Sequence record: NC_029091.1
Direction: 5' to 3' (one strand)
Source of the DNA: Escherichia phage APCEc01
Length of the DNA: 64,000 nucleotides
Of the stretch, positions 24,656 through 35,278 are shown one piece after another. The position numbers were made by a program, and so were the translations under genes. Positions within the stretch are counted from its first letter, which is position 1; each line of letters opens with the position of its first letter. The notes beneath the pieces were generated by a model that saw only the letters and a program-made list of their open reading frames with translations, was not told the DNA's origin and did no database searches.

Positions 24656-24806
24656 TCTTCAGAACGTAGTAGAGGCCGAACGTGAGCGTGAGGCTTTAGT
24701 CTATAATGAACTATTAGTTCAATTCTTGGTCTTACACTCGTACGAACAGGAAGACTATACCAATTACGTTAAAAGCGTAGAAAAAGCCGTTTACAATCAA
24801 CACTGA
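24645..24806 (+). CDS. Hypothetical protein (53 aa), asiA.1 position
   Basis: AAGGA SD. MSHNLQNVVEAEREREAL... Confidence 0.5.
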   Translation: MSHNLQNVVEAEREREALVYNELLVQFLVLHSYEQEDYTNYVKSVEKAVYNQH

Positions 24807-24818
24807 TAATGGTACTAT
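24789..24818 (+). promoter_or_regulatory. T4-type early promoter for asiA
   Basis: GTTTAC, 18-nt spacer, TGg + TACTAT. Confidence 0.75.
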
Positions 24819-24852
24819 ACTCCTATCAATTAAGTGGAATGAATAAAACGTT

Positions 24853-25125
24853 ATGAATAAAGACATTGAAATCGTACGTGAAATTATTACTATTGCTTCT
24901 ATTTTGATTAAATTCTCTAGGGAAGATATTGTTGAAGACCGAGCAAGTTTCATCGGATTCTTGAATGAGATTGGAATTAAAAAAGATGGTCGGCAGCTAA
25001 ATCAGAATTCGTTCAGAAAACTAATTACAAATTTAACTGCCGAAGAAAAGAAAACACTGATTAGTGAATTCAATGAAGGTTTTGAAAATATTTATCGTCA
25101 TTTAGCGATGTATTCTAACAACTAA
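24853..25125 (+). CDS. asiA: Anti-sigma-70 factor AsiA
   Basis: 90 aa. MNKDIEIVREIITIASILIKFSREDIVE...NQNSFRK...DEFNEGFE matches remembered T4 AsiA. Confidence 0.95.
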   Translation: MNKDIEIVREIITIASILIKFSREDIVEDRASFIGFLNEIGIKKDGRQLNQNSFRKLITNLTAEEKKTLISEFNEGFENIYRHLAMYSNN

Positions 25126-25785
25126 TTATTTAGCCCTTCCTAGTATTCGGACCGCTTGGTTGCATATAGCCGCTAAGCGATCTTCCTCAAGTATATTATT
25201 CCCCTTATACCAATACATCGTCACAGTTCCAGCATAGATGTTATCCAAATTAAAGTATGGACAACTATACATATAAGAAAGTTCGGCAGTCTTAGATTTT
25301 GTAGGCAAAAATGCAAATTCTGATTTAGATGAGAAATGACGGCCACTTAAATGAATTATATATTCATTAGCCGTTTTATCCACCGGGAATCCACCAAGGG
25401 ACTTTTCAGAAATTGTGCTAGGTAGTTTGCCTTCATAAGCTATAAGGTCGACAAAATAATTTAAGTTTTTAGGTCTGAAAGAATACACAGCACTAAAATC
25501 TGCACCAGATGAGATATGAACTATTTGCAGTTGTTCTAGAGCCGCAGATTCAAAACGTAAAGCTCGTTCTTTTTGGATTATTTCAGTATAAGTATCATAC
25601 TTAGCTCTTACATAATAATCCAGCAAAATACTTCCTTTGTACCATATTAGTGCCATTAGGAACAAAAGAATAATTACCGCTACTCGGGACATTAAAACCT
25701 TTCCAGTAGCGTTATCTTTGAAAATACGATCTAGCAACCCAAATAGAATATCACTAAGCGAAAATGACACTTTTGGTGTTGCCAT
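25126..25785 (-). CDS. t: Holin T
   Basis: 219 aa. ...SDILFG.LDR.FKDNATGKVL...FESAALEQLQIVHISS...YSCPYFNLDNIYAG... matches remembered T4 T. Confidence 0.95.
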   Translation of the reverse strand: MATPKVSFSLSDILFGLLDRIFKDNATGKVLMSRVAVIILLFLMALIWYKGSILLDYYVRAKYDTYTEIIQKERALRFESAALEQLQIVHISSGADFSAVYSFRPKNLNYFVDLIAYEGKLPSTISEKSLGGFPVDKTANEYIIHLSGRHFSSKSEFAFLPTKSKTAELSYMYSCPYFNLDNIYAGTVTMYWYKGNNILEEDRLAAICNQAVRILGRAK

Positions 25786-25794
25786 AATACCTCC

Positions 25795-26346
25795 TTACTT
25801 AAAGATATTTATAATCGCTTTGATAATAGATTTGTTTTCAAGGTCAGGGAATTTAGGTAATTCGCCGCCAAGATGTTCATGTTTTTCTAAAAGGGCAAAG
25901 AATTTTTTGAGCTCTTTAAATTTTCGTTTTTCTTCTCTATTAGCAACCTCTGCGTCAATAAGAGAACTTAAAACACTGAATAATTTATAGAGTTCATGAA
26001 TTTTCTTATCACGTTGAACTACGCGTTTATATGCTTCATCTTCCTTCCACCCGTCGTCAGTCCAAAGGTCAAATTCACCTGGTTCTTCTGTAGTGACATT
26101 TTGAAGAGCACCTGGAGTGTCAATAACAATTTTTTGCTTATCATAAGTCCATACTGTTTTTCCGCGATGGTCTTCAACATATACCCATTCTTGCTCGCGT
26201 TCATCAAATATAACAGCATAGCCTTCTTTAGGGTCTAAAGGTTTTTTTGGTGTCGAATGAGCCGGAAATCCTACGCCTTTTAATGGTTTATAATTTTCTT
26301 CTTTGTAAAATTCTTTAGTGTCAAAATAATAGTGATAGAGTTTCAT
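25795..26346 (-). CDS. 38: Tail-fibre assembly chaperone gp38 (T4 type)
   Basis: 183 aa. MKLYHYYFDTKEFYKEENYKP...FFALLEKHEHLGGE matches remembered T4 gp38, not the longer T2/T6 adhesin type. Confidence 0.93.
   Translation of the reverse strand: MKLYHYYFDTKEFYKEENYKPLKGVGFPAHSTPKKPLDPKEGYAVIFDEREQEWVYVEDHRGKTVWTYDKQKIVIDTPGALQNVTTEEPGEFDLWTDDGWKEDEAYKRVVQRDKKIHELYKLFSVLSSLIDAEVANREEKRKFKELKKFFALLEKHEHLGGELPKFPDLENKSIIKAIINIFK
25806..25813 (-). promoter_or_regulatory. Late promoter TATAAATA for t
   Basis: Exact consensus on the minus strand, 21 nt upstream of the t ATG, inside the 3' end of gene 38. Confidence 0.7.
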
Positions 26347-26351
26347 ATTAT

Positions 26352-26370
26352 AAAAAGGGACCGAAGTCCC
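26352..26370 (-). terminator. Hairpin/terminator between 37 and 38
   Basis: Minus strand: GGGAC-TTCG-GTCCC followed by T5. Confidence 0.7.
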
Positions 26371-26376
26371 TTCTCC

Positions 26377-29300
26377 TTATGCTAAACGAACGATATAGTT
26401 AAAAGCAACGTTTTTAACTGTGTTTTCTGTATTTCCTGTGGCATTTACAGTTATTGTATGTCCATGGGAACCAATTGCAACAGTATGAGAATGAGCACCA
26501 ATACCTACCGAATGGGTATGAGCACCAATACCCACAGTATGAGCATGGTTACCAGTAGCGCTAGTAGTTCCTGACCAACTATGAGTGTGGGCACCGTCTG
26601 AAGAAGTTTTGGCTATATTCGACCGTGCAGTAGCACCGTTCACGGTTCCAGTGAATTTAGCGTCGGCGTTTGCACCTACACTATTATATCCGTCATAGAA
26701 TATGTTATTGGATATGTCGGCTCGTATCTGAGGACCTGAACGCGCGTGTTGGTGCGCACCAGCGGAACTAGTATTACCACTCACTGTATGGTTATGGTTA
26801 CCAGTGGTATTACTGGTCTTAGTACCATAATCAAAGCTTGAAGTCGTTTTGCTACCATAATCAAAACTTGACGTATTTTTAGTACCCAAATCTGTGCTTG
26901 ATGCACTTGCACTATGGCTATGAGCCTTAACACCGTCTGCTTCTGTACTCAATACAGCACGCCCAGATGGTTTACCCTTGATAGTTTGACCACGCATATC
27001 AGGCAGAGTGCCGGAAGGATACACCGCAGCTAACTTAGGATACAAGTCAGCATCAAATGTTTGACCTTCCATTATGGCATAACCTTCAGGAGGTGTATCA
27101 GTAGGCCAAGGAATCGGAGCACCAATTGGGTAACTCGAGACAATATCCGTCTTAAGGTTATTTATTGTTGTATTCAAGTTAGCAAAATTACCAGAACCAC
27201 CAGTGATATTACCATCAGTACCGAATTGAGCATTTCCGACTTTAAGAGGTTTAGTAATATCGACAGAATCAGAGTTTAATGCAATACCATGTGAATATGT
27301 GTAGCTGTGCATACGAACGACGTTGCCGCCATCGCCAATACCTAAATACCATTTCGGAACATCTGCTTTACGTCCTTGAATGAAGTTAGAAGACTTTTGT
27401 GTTGGAGCATTTATTCTAATAGCATCTGATGCCATATTTACTGTTATGCGTTGACCAGCCGTAGTTCCAGCCGCTTCTACTTTAAATCTACCGCCGCCGA
27501 TATCTACATCATGATCCATGGAAACTTTACCATTACTTAATGTAATATAGAACGGACGTAAATTAGAAATACCACCTGATTCACCAGCATTCTGCGGAGT
27601 TGGAATAATATAAAACTTATCTTCAGAACGACGGAAAATAGCACCATATTCAGCATCGTAAATACGGAAAGCATCAGCAGTCCCGCCAATTTTAACCTGT
27701 CCGGTAATTGAGGCACCACCTTGAACAAACAATCCATTATTCATTGTAACGTTGCCAACTAGAGTGCTTAATCCGTTAACTCTAAGACTTCCGTCGGTTA
27801 TTAAGCTTCCTCTAGCATTAACCTGTCCATTGAACTGAGTTACAACAGGGCCTGTAGTTTCAGAACCGGTCGGAGCTACACGCTGCGCATAAAAATAATA
27901 ACCTTGCCCATCTGATACTTCAAAAACTGATTCACGAGATTTATCACCTGAAGCGTTAAAGGCATTACCCCACGCTTTAATAGATACATAACTTTTATTC
28001 TGGCCCGCGCGAGTACCGCCAGCCCACAGTATAGTTTTAGTGCCATCTATTGCTGTAGGAGCGTCAAGTTGAATACCATCGGGTCTAGCACCAGTAAGAA
28101 CTAACCCGTTATCAAATTTAATTCTTTGTATTGAAGATACTGTGCCGTCTGCTCTAAGATTTAATTCGTTAACCCCGGTCTTAATATTTAAAATACCGGG
28201 TTCAACAATAAGACCTTCACCCATTGAAATAGCTACTCGGCCAGTACCACGAAAATAGTGATAAAGTTTACCGTTACTGTTATAGCCAAGATGTGTTTGT
28301 CCATCGCCAGAGTTATTACCATCTATTTCGGTTCTGATAGAAACCATTGCAGAGTTTTGACCTGGTAAAATCCATGTGGCACCTTGGTCGGTACTGCGTC
28401 CAAATATGGTTTTGCTTGTGCCACGGAAACCATCGGAAGTAACAGAAGCAACAGAATAACCTCCGCCTACTAAATCAAAATTACCTTGTTTAATATATTT
28501 CAGACCAGTTACAGTGTCGCCGAGAACAAGATACTTATCGCCCATTACACCGACGTTACCATAATCACTAGACGGGAAATCTGTAGTGAATGTACCTAAT
28601 GCAAGGCTATTACGGCCAGCCATTCGGCCATCGTTACGAATACCATACTGTTTTGACTGTGGAGTATTACCTGTCCACCAAGACATTTCATCGGCTTGGC
28701 CTAATTGAGCAGTACAAAGCTCATGCCACATAGTGCCACCGGATTTGGCACGAACTCTACGAAGATAGTTTACACCATTCGTTTCACCGGTGCCCGGGTA
28801 TACATACTTAACTAATGAATCCGTATCATATACACCAAATGCTTTGCCATCGTGAATAACAGTATCAACCCCAATGCGTTTAGTTAATAACGAATCTGAT
28901 GCTAAAATACGGTTGGCTTGAAATTCACCGCCGTTTATAGAACGGAAATAGAATTCACTATTGGTAGTACTTCCTGTTCCTTGTCTAACCCTAAGACGTA
29001 TTTCACCATCAGTTGTAGTTTGAGGACGAGCATATATAACGCCACGTTCAGTGCCATCGGCATTTTCAAACCAAAGATGGGCATTTGCTGTTTCACCGGT
29101 TGAAGCTCTTGAATAAAACGAACCTTGCAATGCTCTAAAAACTTGAGCTGAAATACTACTACCAGCGGTAATCTGGCCACTTGTGGAAAAATTTCCAAAA
29201 TTGTTTATTGGTCCATTGACGCGTAAAGTTCCATCAATAGTTACATTTCCACTGATATTACCGCCAGCGGAAATGCTTAAATCGATGATATTTCCTGAAT

Positions 29301-29427
29301 CATCTTTAGTAAAAAGAGTTCTATCTTTTAAGTTTATAGCCAATTCACCTTCGGCTAATACTGAAGCAGCAGGACGTGCACCTGCGGTTTTGCTTCTTTT
29401 AAATTGTATTTGTTTTAAAGTAGCCAT
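26377..29427 (-). CDS. 37: Long tail fibre distal half-fibre gp37
   Basis: 1016 aa. Conserved N-terminus [16 protein letters not shown]..., C-terminal HxH repeat needle. Lies between 36 and 38. Confidence 0.95.
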   Translation of the reverse strand: MATLKQIQFKRSKTAGARPAASVLAEGELAINLKDRTLFTKDDSGNIIDLSISAGGNISGNVTIDGTLRVNGPINNFGNFSTSGQITAGSSISAQVFRALQGSFYSRASTGETANAHLWFENADGTERGVIYARPQTTTDGEIRLRVRQGTGSTTNSEFYFRSINGGEFQANRILASDSLLTKRIGVDTVIHDGKAFGVYDTDSLVKYVYPGTGETNGVNYLRRVRAKSGGTMWHELCTAQLGQADEMSWWTGNTPQSKQYGIRNDGRMAGRNSLALGTFTTDFPSSDYGNVGVMGDKYLVLGDTVTGLKYIKQGNFDLVGGGYSVASVTSDGFRGTSKTIFGRSTDQGATWILPGQNSAMVSIRTEIDGNNSGDGQTHLGYNSNGKLYHYFRGTGRVAISMGEGLIVEPGILNIKTGVNELNLRADGTVSSIQRIKFDNGLVLTGARPDGIQLDAPTAIDGTKTILWAGGTRAGQNKSYVSIKAWGNAFNASGDKSRESVFEVSDGQGYYFYAQRVAPTGSETTGPVVTQFNGQVNARGSLITDGSLRVNGLSTLVGNVTMNNGLFVQGGASITGQVKIGGTADAFRIYDAEYGAIFRRSEDKFYIIPTPQNAGESGGISNLRPFYITLSNGKVSMDHDVDIGGGRFKVEAAGTTAGQRITVNMASDAIRINAPTQKSSNFIQGRKADVPKWYLGIGDGGNVVRMHSYTYSHGIALNSDSVDITKPLKVGNAQFGTDGNITGGSGNFANLNTTINNLKTDIVSSYPIGAPIPWPTDTPPEGYAIMEGQTFDADLYPKLAAVYPSGTLPDMRGQTIKGKPSGRAVLSTEADGVKAHSHSASASSTDLGTKNTSSFDYGSKTTSSFDYGTKTSNTTGNHNHTVSGNTSSAGAHQHARSGPQIRADISNNIFYDGYNSVGANADAKFTGTVNGATARSNIAKTSSDGAHTHSWSGTTSATGNHAHTVGIGAHTHSVGIGAHSHTVAIGSHGHTITVNATGNTENTVKNVAFNYIVRLA

Positions 29428-29435
29428 AAGTCCTC

Positions 29436-30101
29436 TTAATAATAGCCGAAATCTTGAACAGAATCCTTAATTACGATTTGGTCGAAACGAGGAACATGAT
29501 TAGCCTCAGACGCCGGATTCTGTGAGAAAAAGTTTGGTGCTGTTAAAGTACCAGTCATGGTATCGCCTTTACGCAATACACGGGAATTTGCGTTATCCGT
29601 AACAATATTTATTCGTCCATCAACATAATCTTTTCTTGTGAGATCATTTGCTGCAACCGGAGCAGTCATATCGCTTCTTACTTGTCCTGAAGCAGATACA
29701 ACGCCCTTTGTATTAATATCGCCATTACGTGTATTGATTACTACAGTTCTACCCGCTGTTCCTTGTGATGATTTAAAACCAATACCATACCACGAAACAA
29801 TATCAATATTTGCTGTAACAAAAGTAGCTGCATCTCCATTACCAGGATAAATACCAGATTGATTTGTATTGTTTATAGCATATGGTATTTGAACACCGCT
29901 GTTAAATGTTACCTTTGATGCATAAGTACCACCATTAGCTTTAGAAACGAAATCGTTATCAGCAGCTTGTGGTTTATTATATTCTGAATAGAGTTTAAAC
30001 GTTTTATACAGGACGTCATCACCTGCTGGCATTAAAGGGAAATTACCTTGATGCCATATAACGGCACCGCCAGTTGTACTACCAGCTTTTAAATCGGCCA
30101 T
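29436..30101 (-). CDS. 36: Long tail fibre distal connector gp36
   Basis: 221 aa (same as T4). [23 protein letters not shown]... Confidence 0.92.
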   Translation of the reverse strand: MADLKAGSTTGGAVIWHQGNFPLMPAGDDVLYKTFKLYSEYNKPQAADNDFVSKANGGTYASKVTFNSGVQIPYAINNTNQSGIYPGNGDAATFVTANIDIVSWYGIGFKSSQGTAGRTVVINTRNGDINTKGVVSASGQVRSDMTAPVAANDLTRKDYVDGRINIVTDNANSRVLRKGDTMTGTLTAPNFFSQNPASEANHVPRFDQIVIKDSVQDFGYY

Positions 30102-30125
30102 AGTTGTCTCCTTATATGTATACCA

Positions 30126-30133
30126 TATTTATA
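30126..30133 (-). promoter_or_regulatory. Late promoter TATAAATA for gene 36
   Basis: Exact consensus on the minus strand, about 25 nt upstream of the gene 36 ATG. Confidence 0.75.
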
Positions 30134-30134
30134 C

Positions 30135-30158
30135 AAAAATGGGAGACCGAAGTCTCCC
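30135..30158 (-). terminator. Intrinsic terminator after gene 35
   Basis: Minus strand: GGGAGAC-TTCG-GTCTCCC followed by ATTTTT. Confidence 0.8.
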
Positions 30159-30163
30159 TAAAT

Positions 30164-31291
30164 TTATTCTGATGCTTCTTCAAATTCTTGTCCAAATACC
30201 TTACCGGTATAAGTTGAAGATTGAGTAGGTAATGTCATTATGTCTGGAGCACTTAAAGATTCTGAAACATAATTTACACGAATACCATTTATACCAAACT
30301 CAGCAGGTTTTGAAACGCTTCCATTGCATGATACTTCAGTTAATATAACGTTTCTTAATCCACCTTGCCCTACTGGAGCTGTACGATAACAATAAATCGT
30401 GAACCCGTCAGCACCAGCAGGAATTTCTATGTAGTCTTCATATATCTTCCATTCACCTGCGCCCCCATCAAAGTTTATATCCTTAAATGAAATAGGTGAA
30501 GTAGAAAGAGATTTAAAGAAACGAATAGAAAGTCGTGTCGTCCCTTGTGCTAACAAATCAGCATCGGCCATTAGTTGGAATTTCATATAAAGGAAATCTC
30601 CAGGCTTCAATTTATACCCAGCGAGAGGTGTAATAATGGACGTTGTAGGCATCCTTTTAATTTCATTATTAGTACCTCCAACAGCAGATAAAAATGTGTC
30701 TGTCGATTCGTACGTACGACTAGGGAAGCCGGTAGCACCAATATCATCGATCGTGTCGTACACAACATCAAGTGGTGTACTATAGTCGGTTGAAGTTTTC
30801 TTATTACTATACTTAATATGTTCTAGTGCTATAGCATTCTTACCAGAAATATAAAATGCCGAATAAGAAATGTCCACTATATTTAAAACTTGTTGAGCTA
30901 ATGGAATAGCAGAACTTCCGGCTTTATTAAACCATGCAAGAACTTCTAGCGGAAAGTTTGTTTTAGCGTTAGTAACAAGAGCAAATATAAAATTTGAAGA
31001 ATATGTGTCCATGAAAGTAACAAATGCACTTGACGTGGCGTCGTTTTCAGTAGAGAAATTATATGTCTTAGATTCAACTACTGCACCCGTTGTAGGATTT
31101 ATTACACGAACGTTTAATCCAACGGAAAAAACCTGGGACCCAAGTGGATTATCCTGGAACTTAATATAAGCAGGAGATGTTGATAGCGGGCAAGAGCCCG
31201 CTATGCTTAATTTAAATCGTACTGAATTGCTTTCCGATAAAAATGGCGTTTGGACGTATCCTTGTCCAAACTTAGCCATAAATTTTTCCAT
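30164..31291 (-). CDS. 35: Long tail fibre hinge gp35
   Basis: 375 aa. MEKFMAKFGQGYVQTPFLSESNSVR... collinear with remembered T4 gp35. Confidence 0.93.
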   Translation of the reverse strand: MEKFMAKFGQGYVQTPFLSESNSVRFKLSIAGSCPLSTSPAYIKFQDNPLGSQVFSVGLNVRVINPTTGAVVESKTYNFSTENDATSSAFVTFMDTYSSNFIFALVTNAKTNFPLEVLAWFNKAGSSAIPLAQQVLNIVDISYSAFYISGKNAIALEHIKYSNKKTSTDYSTPLDVVYDTIDDIGATGFPSRTYESTDTFLSAVGGTNNEIKRMPTTSIITPLAGYKLKPGDFLYMKFQLMADADLLAQGTTRLSIRFFKSLSTSPISFKDINFDGGAGEWKIYEDYIEIPAGADGFTIYCYRTAPVGQGGLRNVILTEVSCNGSVSKPAEFGINGIRVNYVSESLSAPDIMTLPTQSSTYTGKVFGQEFEEASE

Positions 31292-31299
31292 AATACCTC

Positions 31300-34200
31300 T
31301 TATTCAATCCACTCGAATTTAACAGATTTATTCACAGGGTCTGGAATAATGCGGACATTACCAATCCTTAAGAAATCCCTTATTGTCAAGTTTCCGATTG
31401 TTGCATTATCAGAAGGTAAAGCACCAATATCAGAAGGTTGAGGAGGGTTTCCACCATCAAATACCTGAACAAAACTTGACCAAGAATTTTTAGTTTTCTG
31501 CCATGTACGTGTCCAACGGGTTGTACGTGCTTCTGGAGTTGTTGGATAAGTAATCCAATCTTGGTAAAGTGAATCAAGTGTATTACCAAACTGAGTCAAT
31601 GTACCAGGAGATTTAACTTCTTCGCCACGTTCTAAGTATGGAAGCCCAGTCACTTCATTAGTTTTTTCAACCATTTTAAAATAACCTGGGAACTGGTTAT
31701 AAGTGGCTGAATCGTTAATATCGATTGACCAGAATCCTACAGTATCAGATGTTGGTGCACGGGTATATAAATCAGACGTTTTAGTACCCTGAGAACGAAT
31801 TCTCGAGTTAACAGTCAAACCATCTGAATTTATAGTAGCACCTTTGGCAATGATTAAGCCTTCACCAATTGTAATCTGACCGGATTGGTTATTAATTGAT
31901 AATGGACGTAATCCATTAAATCCACCAGTCTGATCACCTGATGCAGTAAGCATAAAATATGTGCTGCCTCCATCATTGCGAATAAAGAATCCGTAATCAC
32001 CACTAATTGCTCTGAAAGCATTTGCAGACTTGCTAATGAATTCACCATTGGCTGTAACTGAACGACCAAATGTTGCAACACCATTCGCATTTAACGTGCC
32101 TGAAGCGTTAACATTTATTGGCATCACAGTACCATTAATGCTAAACGCTATATTCCCATCTTTATTACGTTGAGAATAAAAATGATTAGACGTTTCATCA
32201 CCAACTTCAAATACAGTAGAACGTGTTGTATCTGATCCGCCACCAAACTGATTTCCCCAAACTCTGATAGTCATCGTCTGTGCTGGGTTAGTTCCAGTCT
32301 GAGGTCCTTTTTCAAAAATCAGTCGAGTAGCTGTTCCCGTATTAGAAATAGTCAGTGTACTATTAGCAGATACCGAACCACCAAACGTAGCAGTACTAGA
32401 TGATACAAGAGGGGCACTCAGATTCGTTTGTTGGGTTAAGGTTAGTGAACCATTAACCGTCTGTGCAATGTCCCTACGAATGAACTGAGATGAATCTAGT
32501 CCATCTAATAAATTACTATCTACGGCTTTAGCTTTCAATGGCAAATAATTTGCTAATACACGGTTTAATTCATATGGGGATATAGCATAGCTATTTTTTT
32601 CATATGATTCTAAAGGTTGTGTTGAACCAACTGTATCATTACCAACGAATGTAATTGAACCAGATGAAGTTTTAACAAATCCACGAATTGCTGTAGTAGC
32701 AGCCCATGTTGGTTCATTCTGGACAATCCATTTTAAATTCTTAGGAGATACAGCAGTATTAGCAGAAGTTCCTGTTATAGTTTCAGCCTGAGTAGCAACC
32801 TTAATTACGCCTTCAGACGTTTCAGTGGACTTAGTCCCTAAAAGCTTTTTAGGAGTAATAAGAACATCATCTAAAGTTCCTGCATTAGATTCTGCCTGAG
32901 TCGCTACGCGAAGTGTACCACGTTGTGTTTCATTTGCTTTAGAAATATCAAGAGTATAATGGTTCCACAAGGTTCCTTCTTCAATAAGTCCAGAATCAGA
33001 ATTAACACTGGTACGGTCAGAAGAATCAAAATGAGTTTTAATTTTCAGTGGAGTCGAGATACGAGTATCATCAGTTCCAGTATCAAATTCAACTTGCGTA
33101 GCAAGTTCGGCTATGCCGGATAATCCTTCCGTAGCTTTCCTATCATTTAACGTCTTAGGCGTTACTGCACGTGTATAATCAGTCCCAGCATTAGTTTCTG
33201 TTTGCGTAGCAATTTCAATTAAACCAATACGTCCATCAGTAGAAGTTTTCTTATGTAGTGTTTCAGGAGTTACTACAGCGTGAGAATAACCTGCTTGTGA
33301 TTGACCAGCAATTACTTCACTATCAACAGCTAAAATTACTGCACCTTGTTGAGCATAAGTTGCTTTATATTGGTCAAGGGCTTTAGGAGAAATAGTTAAA
33401 TTATTTACGGTTTTATTATAAACGTTAGTGCCTGCAGCACCACGAGTTTCAGCAGGAGTAGCAGAAGTAGTTGATACATATTTAACTATACCTGATAGTG
33501 TTTCAGAACCCTGACGTGCCTGCAATTTCTTAGGTGTAATAATCGTTGTGTCATCAAGACCAGCATCGGTTTCAGTCTGAGTAGCAATTTCAGCAAGACC
33601 GCGACGAGTTTCAGTTGCTGTACGCTCATTTAGTTTTTTAGGCGTAACAATAGTATCGTCCACAAATGATGCTGTGGAATTCTGGTTAACTTGTGCTGTT
33701 GTAGCAATTTTAGCGATACCACGTCGAGCTTCAGTTGCTGTACGATTTGCCAACGTTTCAGGAGTAATAGCCACTTCTTTAGCTGGAGTATTCTCTAAAT
33801 CAACATTTGCTTGCGCTTGAGTAGCAAGAGCAATAACACCTAAACGAGCTCGTGTAGCATCAGTTCCAGCATCAACACGTTCTACAGTTGGGACGTTTTG
33901 TTGAACAACCCAATAACGTGTACCAGCAACGGTGTCTTCGATATACGCTAATTCTAATACAGGAACATATGAAGTAGTGCCATTGAATTCTAGTTCAGTA
34001 ACAGAGACCCATTGAGCATCAGGTGGATATTCAGAACGTTTAGGGAACTGAAGCAATGCAACAGAAGAAGCAATTGTATCACCTTCGGCAGCTTTAATTT
34101 TTACTGTTTGGCCTTTACGCATGTAGTTCATTGAAATTTTAACAGTGTCACCACTCAAAATTCCGGAAGGCAGCGTAAGATTAATAGTTCCGGCTGTAGC

Positions 34201-35175
34201 GTTATTTGTGCCAAAAATAAGAACTTCTTCATTTGGACGAATATTTGAATCCGCACGGATAATACGAAGACGCGATTTCTGGTCGCCTTCCCATATACGC
34301 CATAAACTATTTGCAGCATCAAAAACAAAAAACGCGTCAGAGTCATTTCTGCCTTCGGCAATATGAGTCCCGACTTCACCAATAGACGTTGTATCATCAA
34401 ATGTTTTAACAATTGTATGATACAGTGGGTTTAATCTATCTAAATCGACTAGGCTGATTATATCACCATTGTTAGCATTACGTGGAAGTGTAATGTTGAT
34501 TGGTGCTGCACTAGTAAAACGACGAACGATAAAATCATTTGCTTGTGCTTGATATGGTGACGCAGGTGTAACAGTGATTGATTCTTTACCATAATCGGTA
34601 ATATACATCTGCCACAAACGATTACTAAACACAAACAATAGTTGTGAACGTGGGCGCGTCATTAAAACTGTACGAACTTGTTCACCTCTAAAGTTTAAAA
34701 TACTCTGCACAGACGCGTTAATCTGTACTTTAACTGTCCCGGTTCTTCCACCAATATCAGCCAAAACAACAGTATCACCATCAACCGGCGCATTTGGCAA
34801 CGTGAAAACCATATCATTGCCGGCACCAGTGTTAACCGAAATCGATTCACCTGAAGAAAGTTGATAAGTCCCAGAAGCGACAGTTATCCATTGTGCATCA
34901 GTACGAACTGCACGCCATTGTAAAAGGTTAAATGCCCCGGAAGGAGACACGATATCATTTATTGCTTGATATAAACGGTTGTCATAAAGAACAACAAATC
35001 CTTTATTATATCCACGCGTAGAATCATATACTTGAACGGTGTTTTCTTGTACCAGGAAGTCAACGTTTACGCCATCAGTACCTACTGTACGGTCGGCTAA
35101 TGCTACGTTAACAATCTTGTCGCCACCGGCGTCCAGACCGTCTTCGGCTCTGAACTTACGTTTGATGTCGGCCAT
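31300..35175 (-). CDS. 34: Long tail fibre proximal half-fibre gp34
   Basis: 1291 aa (T4 1289). MADIKRKFRAEDGLDAGGDKI... with internal fibrous repeats. Confidence 0.95.
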   Translation of the reverse strand: MADIKRKFRAEDGLDAGGDKIVNVALADRTVGTDGVNVDFLVQENTVQVYDSTRGYNKGFVVLYDNRLYQAINDIVSPSGAFNLLQWRAVRTDAQWITVASGTYQLSSGESISVNTGAGNDMVFTLPNAPVDGDTVVLADIGGRTGTVKVQINASVQSILNFRGEQVRTVLMTRPRSQLLFVFSNRLWQMYITDYGKESITVTPASPYQAQANDFIVRRFTSAAPINITLPRNANNGDIISLVDLDRLNPLYHTIVKTFDDTTSIGEVGTHIAEGRNDSDAFFVFDAANSLWRIWEGDQKSRLRIIRADSNIRPNEEVLIFGTNNATAGTINLTLPSGILSGDTVKISMNYMRKGQTVKIKAAEGDTIASSVALLQFPKRSEYPPDAQWVSVTELEFNGTTSYVPVLELAYIEDTVAGTRYWVVQQNVPTVERVDAGTDATRARLGVIALATQAQANVDLENTPAKEVAITPETLANRTATEARRGIAKIATTAQVNQNSTASFVDDTIVTPKKLNERTATETRRGLAEIATQTETDAGLDDTTIITPKKLQARQGSETLSGIVKYVSTTSATPAETRGAAGTNVYNKTVNNLTISPKALDQYKATYAQQGAVILAVDSEVIAGQSQAGYSHAVVTPETLHKKTSTDGRIGLIEIATQTETNAGTDYTRAVTPKTLNDRKATEGLSGIAELATQVEFDTGTDDTRISTPLKIKTHFDSSDRTSVNSDSGLIEEGTLWNHYTLDISKANETQRGTLRVATQAESNAGTLDDVLITPKKLLGTKSTETSEGVIKVATQAETITGTSANTAVSPKNLKWIVQNEPTWAATTAIRGFVKTSSGSITFVGNDTVGSTQPLESYEKNSYAISPYELNRVLANYLPLKAKAVDSNLLDGLDSSQFIRRDIAQTVNGSLTLTQQTNLSAPLVSSSTATFGGSVSANSTLTISNTGTATRLIFEKGPQTGTNPAQTMTIRVWGNQFGGGSDTTRSTVFEVGDETSNHFYSQRNKDGNIAFSINGTVMPINVNASGTLNANGVATFGRSVTANGEFISKSANAFRAISGDYGFFIRNDGGSTYFMLTASGDQTGGFNGLRPLSINNQSGQITIGEGLIIAKGATINSDGLTVNSRIRSQGTKTSDLYTRAPTSDTVGFWSIDINDSATYNQFPGYFKMVEKTNEVTGLPYLERGEEVKSPGTLTQFGNTLDSLYQDWITYPTTPEARTTRWTRTWQKTKNSWSSFVQVFDGGNPPQPSDIGALPSDNATIGNLTIRDFLRIGNVRIIPDPVNKSVKFEWIE

Positions 35176-35205
35176 TCGTTTTTCCTTTATTGTTTCAATA
35201 ATACT

Positions 35206-35213
35206 TATTTATA
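35206..35213 (-). promoter_or_regulatory. Late promoter TATAAATA for gene 34
   Basis: Exact consensus on the minus strand, about 31 nt upstream of the gene 34 ATG. Confidence 0.75.
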
Positions 35214-35216
35214 CCA

Positions 35217-35246
35217 GTTTACGCTTTCAAATGAGTGTGTTACTAT
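35217..35246 (+). promoter_or_regulatory. T4-type early promoter for rnh (divergent from P-late 34)
   Basis: GTTTAC, 18-nt spacer, TGt + TACTAT. Confidence 0.7.
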
Positions 35247-35278
35247 AGACAAGTTGACTAACTGAACAAGAGGTTCAT

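Noticed and set aside
25637-26238. Plus-strand ORFs 25637..25990 and 25996..26238 across t and gene 38
   Set aside because: They are antisense to two proteins that match remembered T4 sequences almost residue for residue. They have no translation signals.
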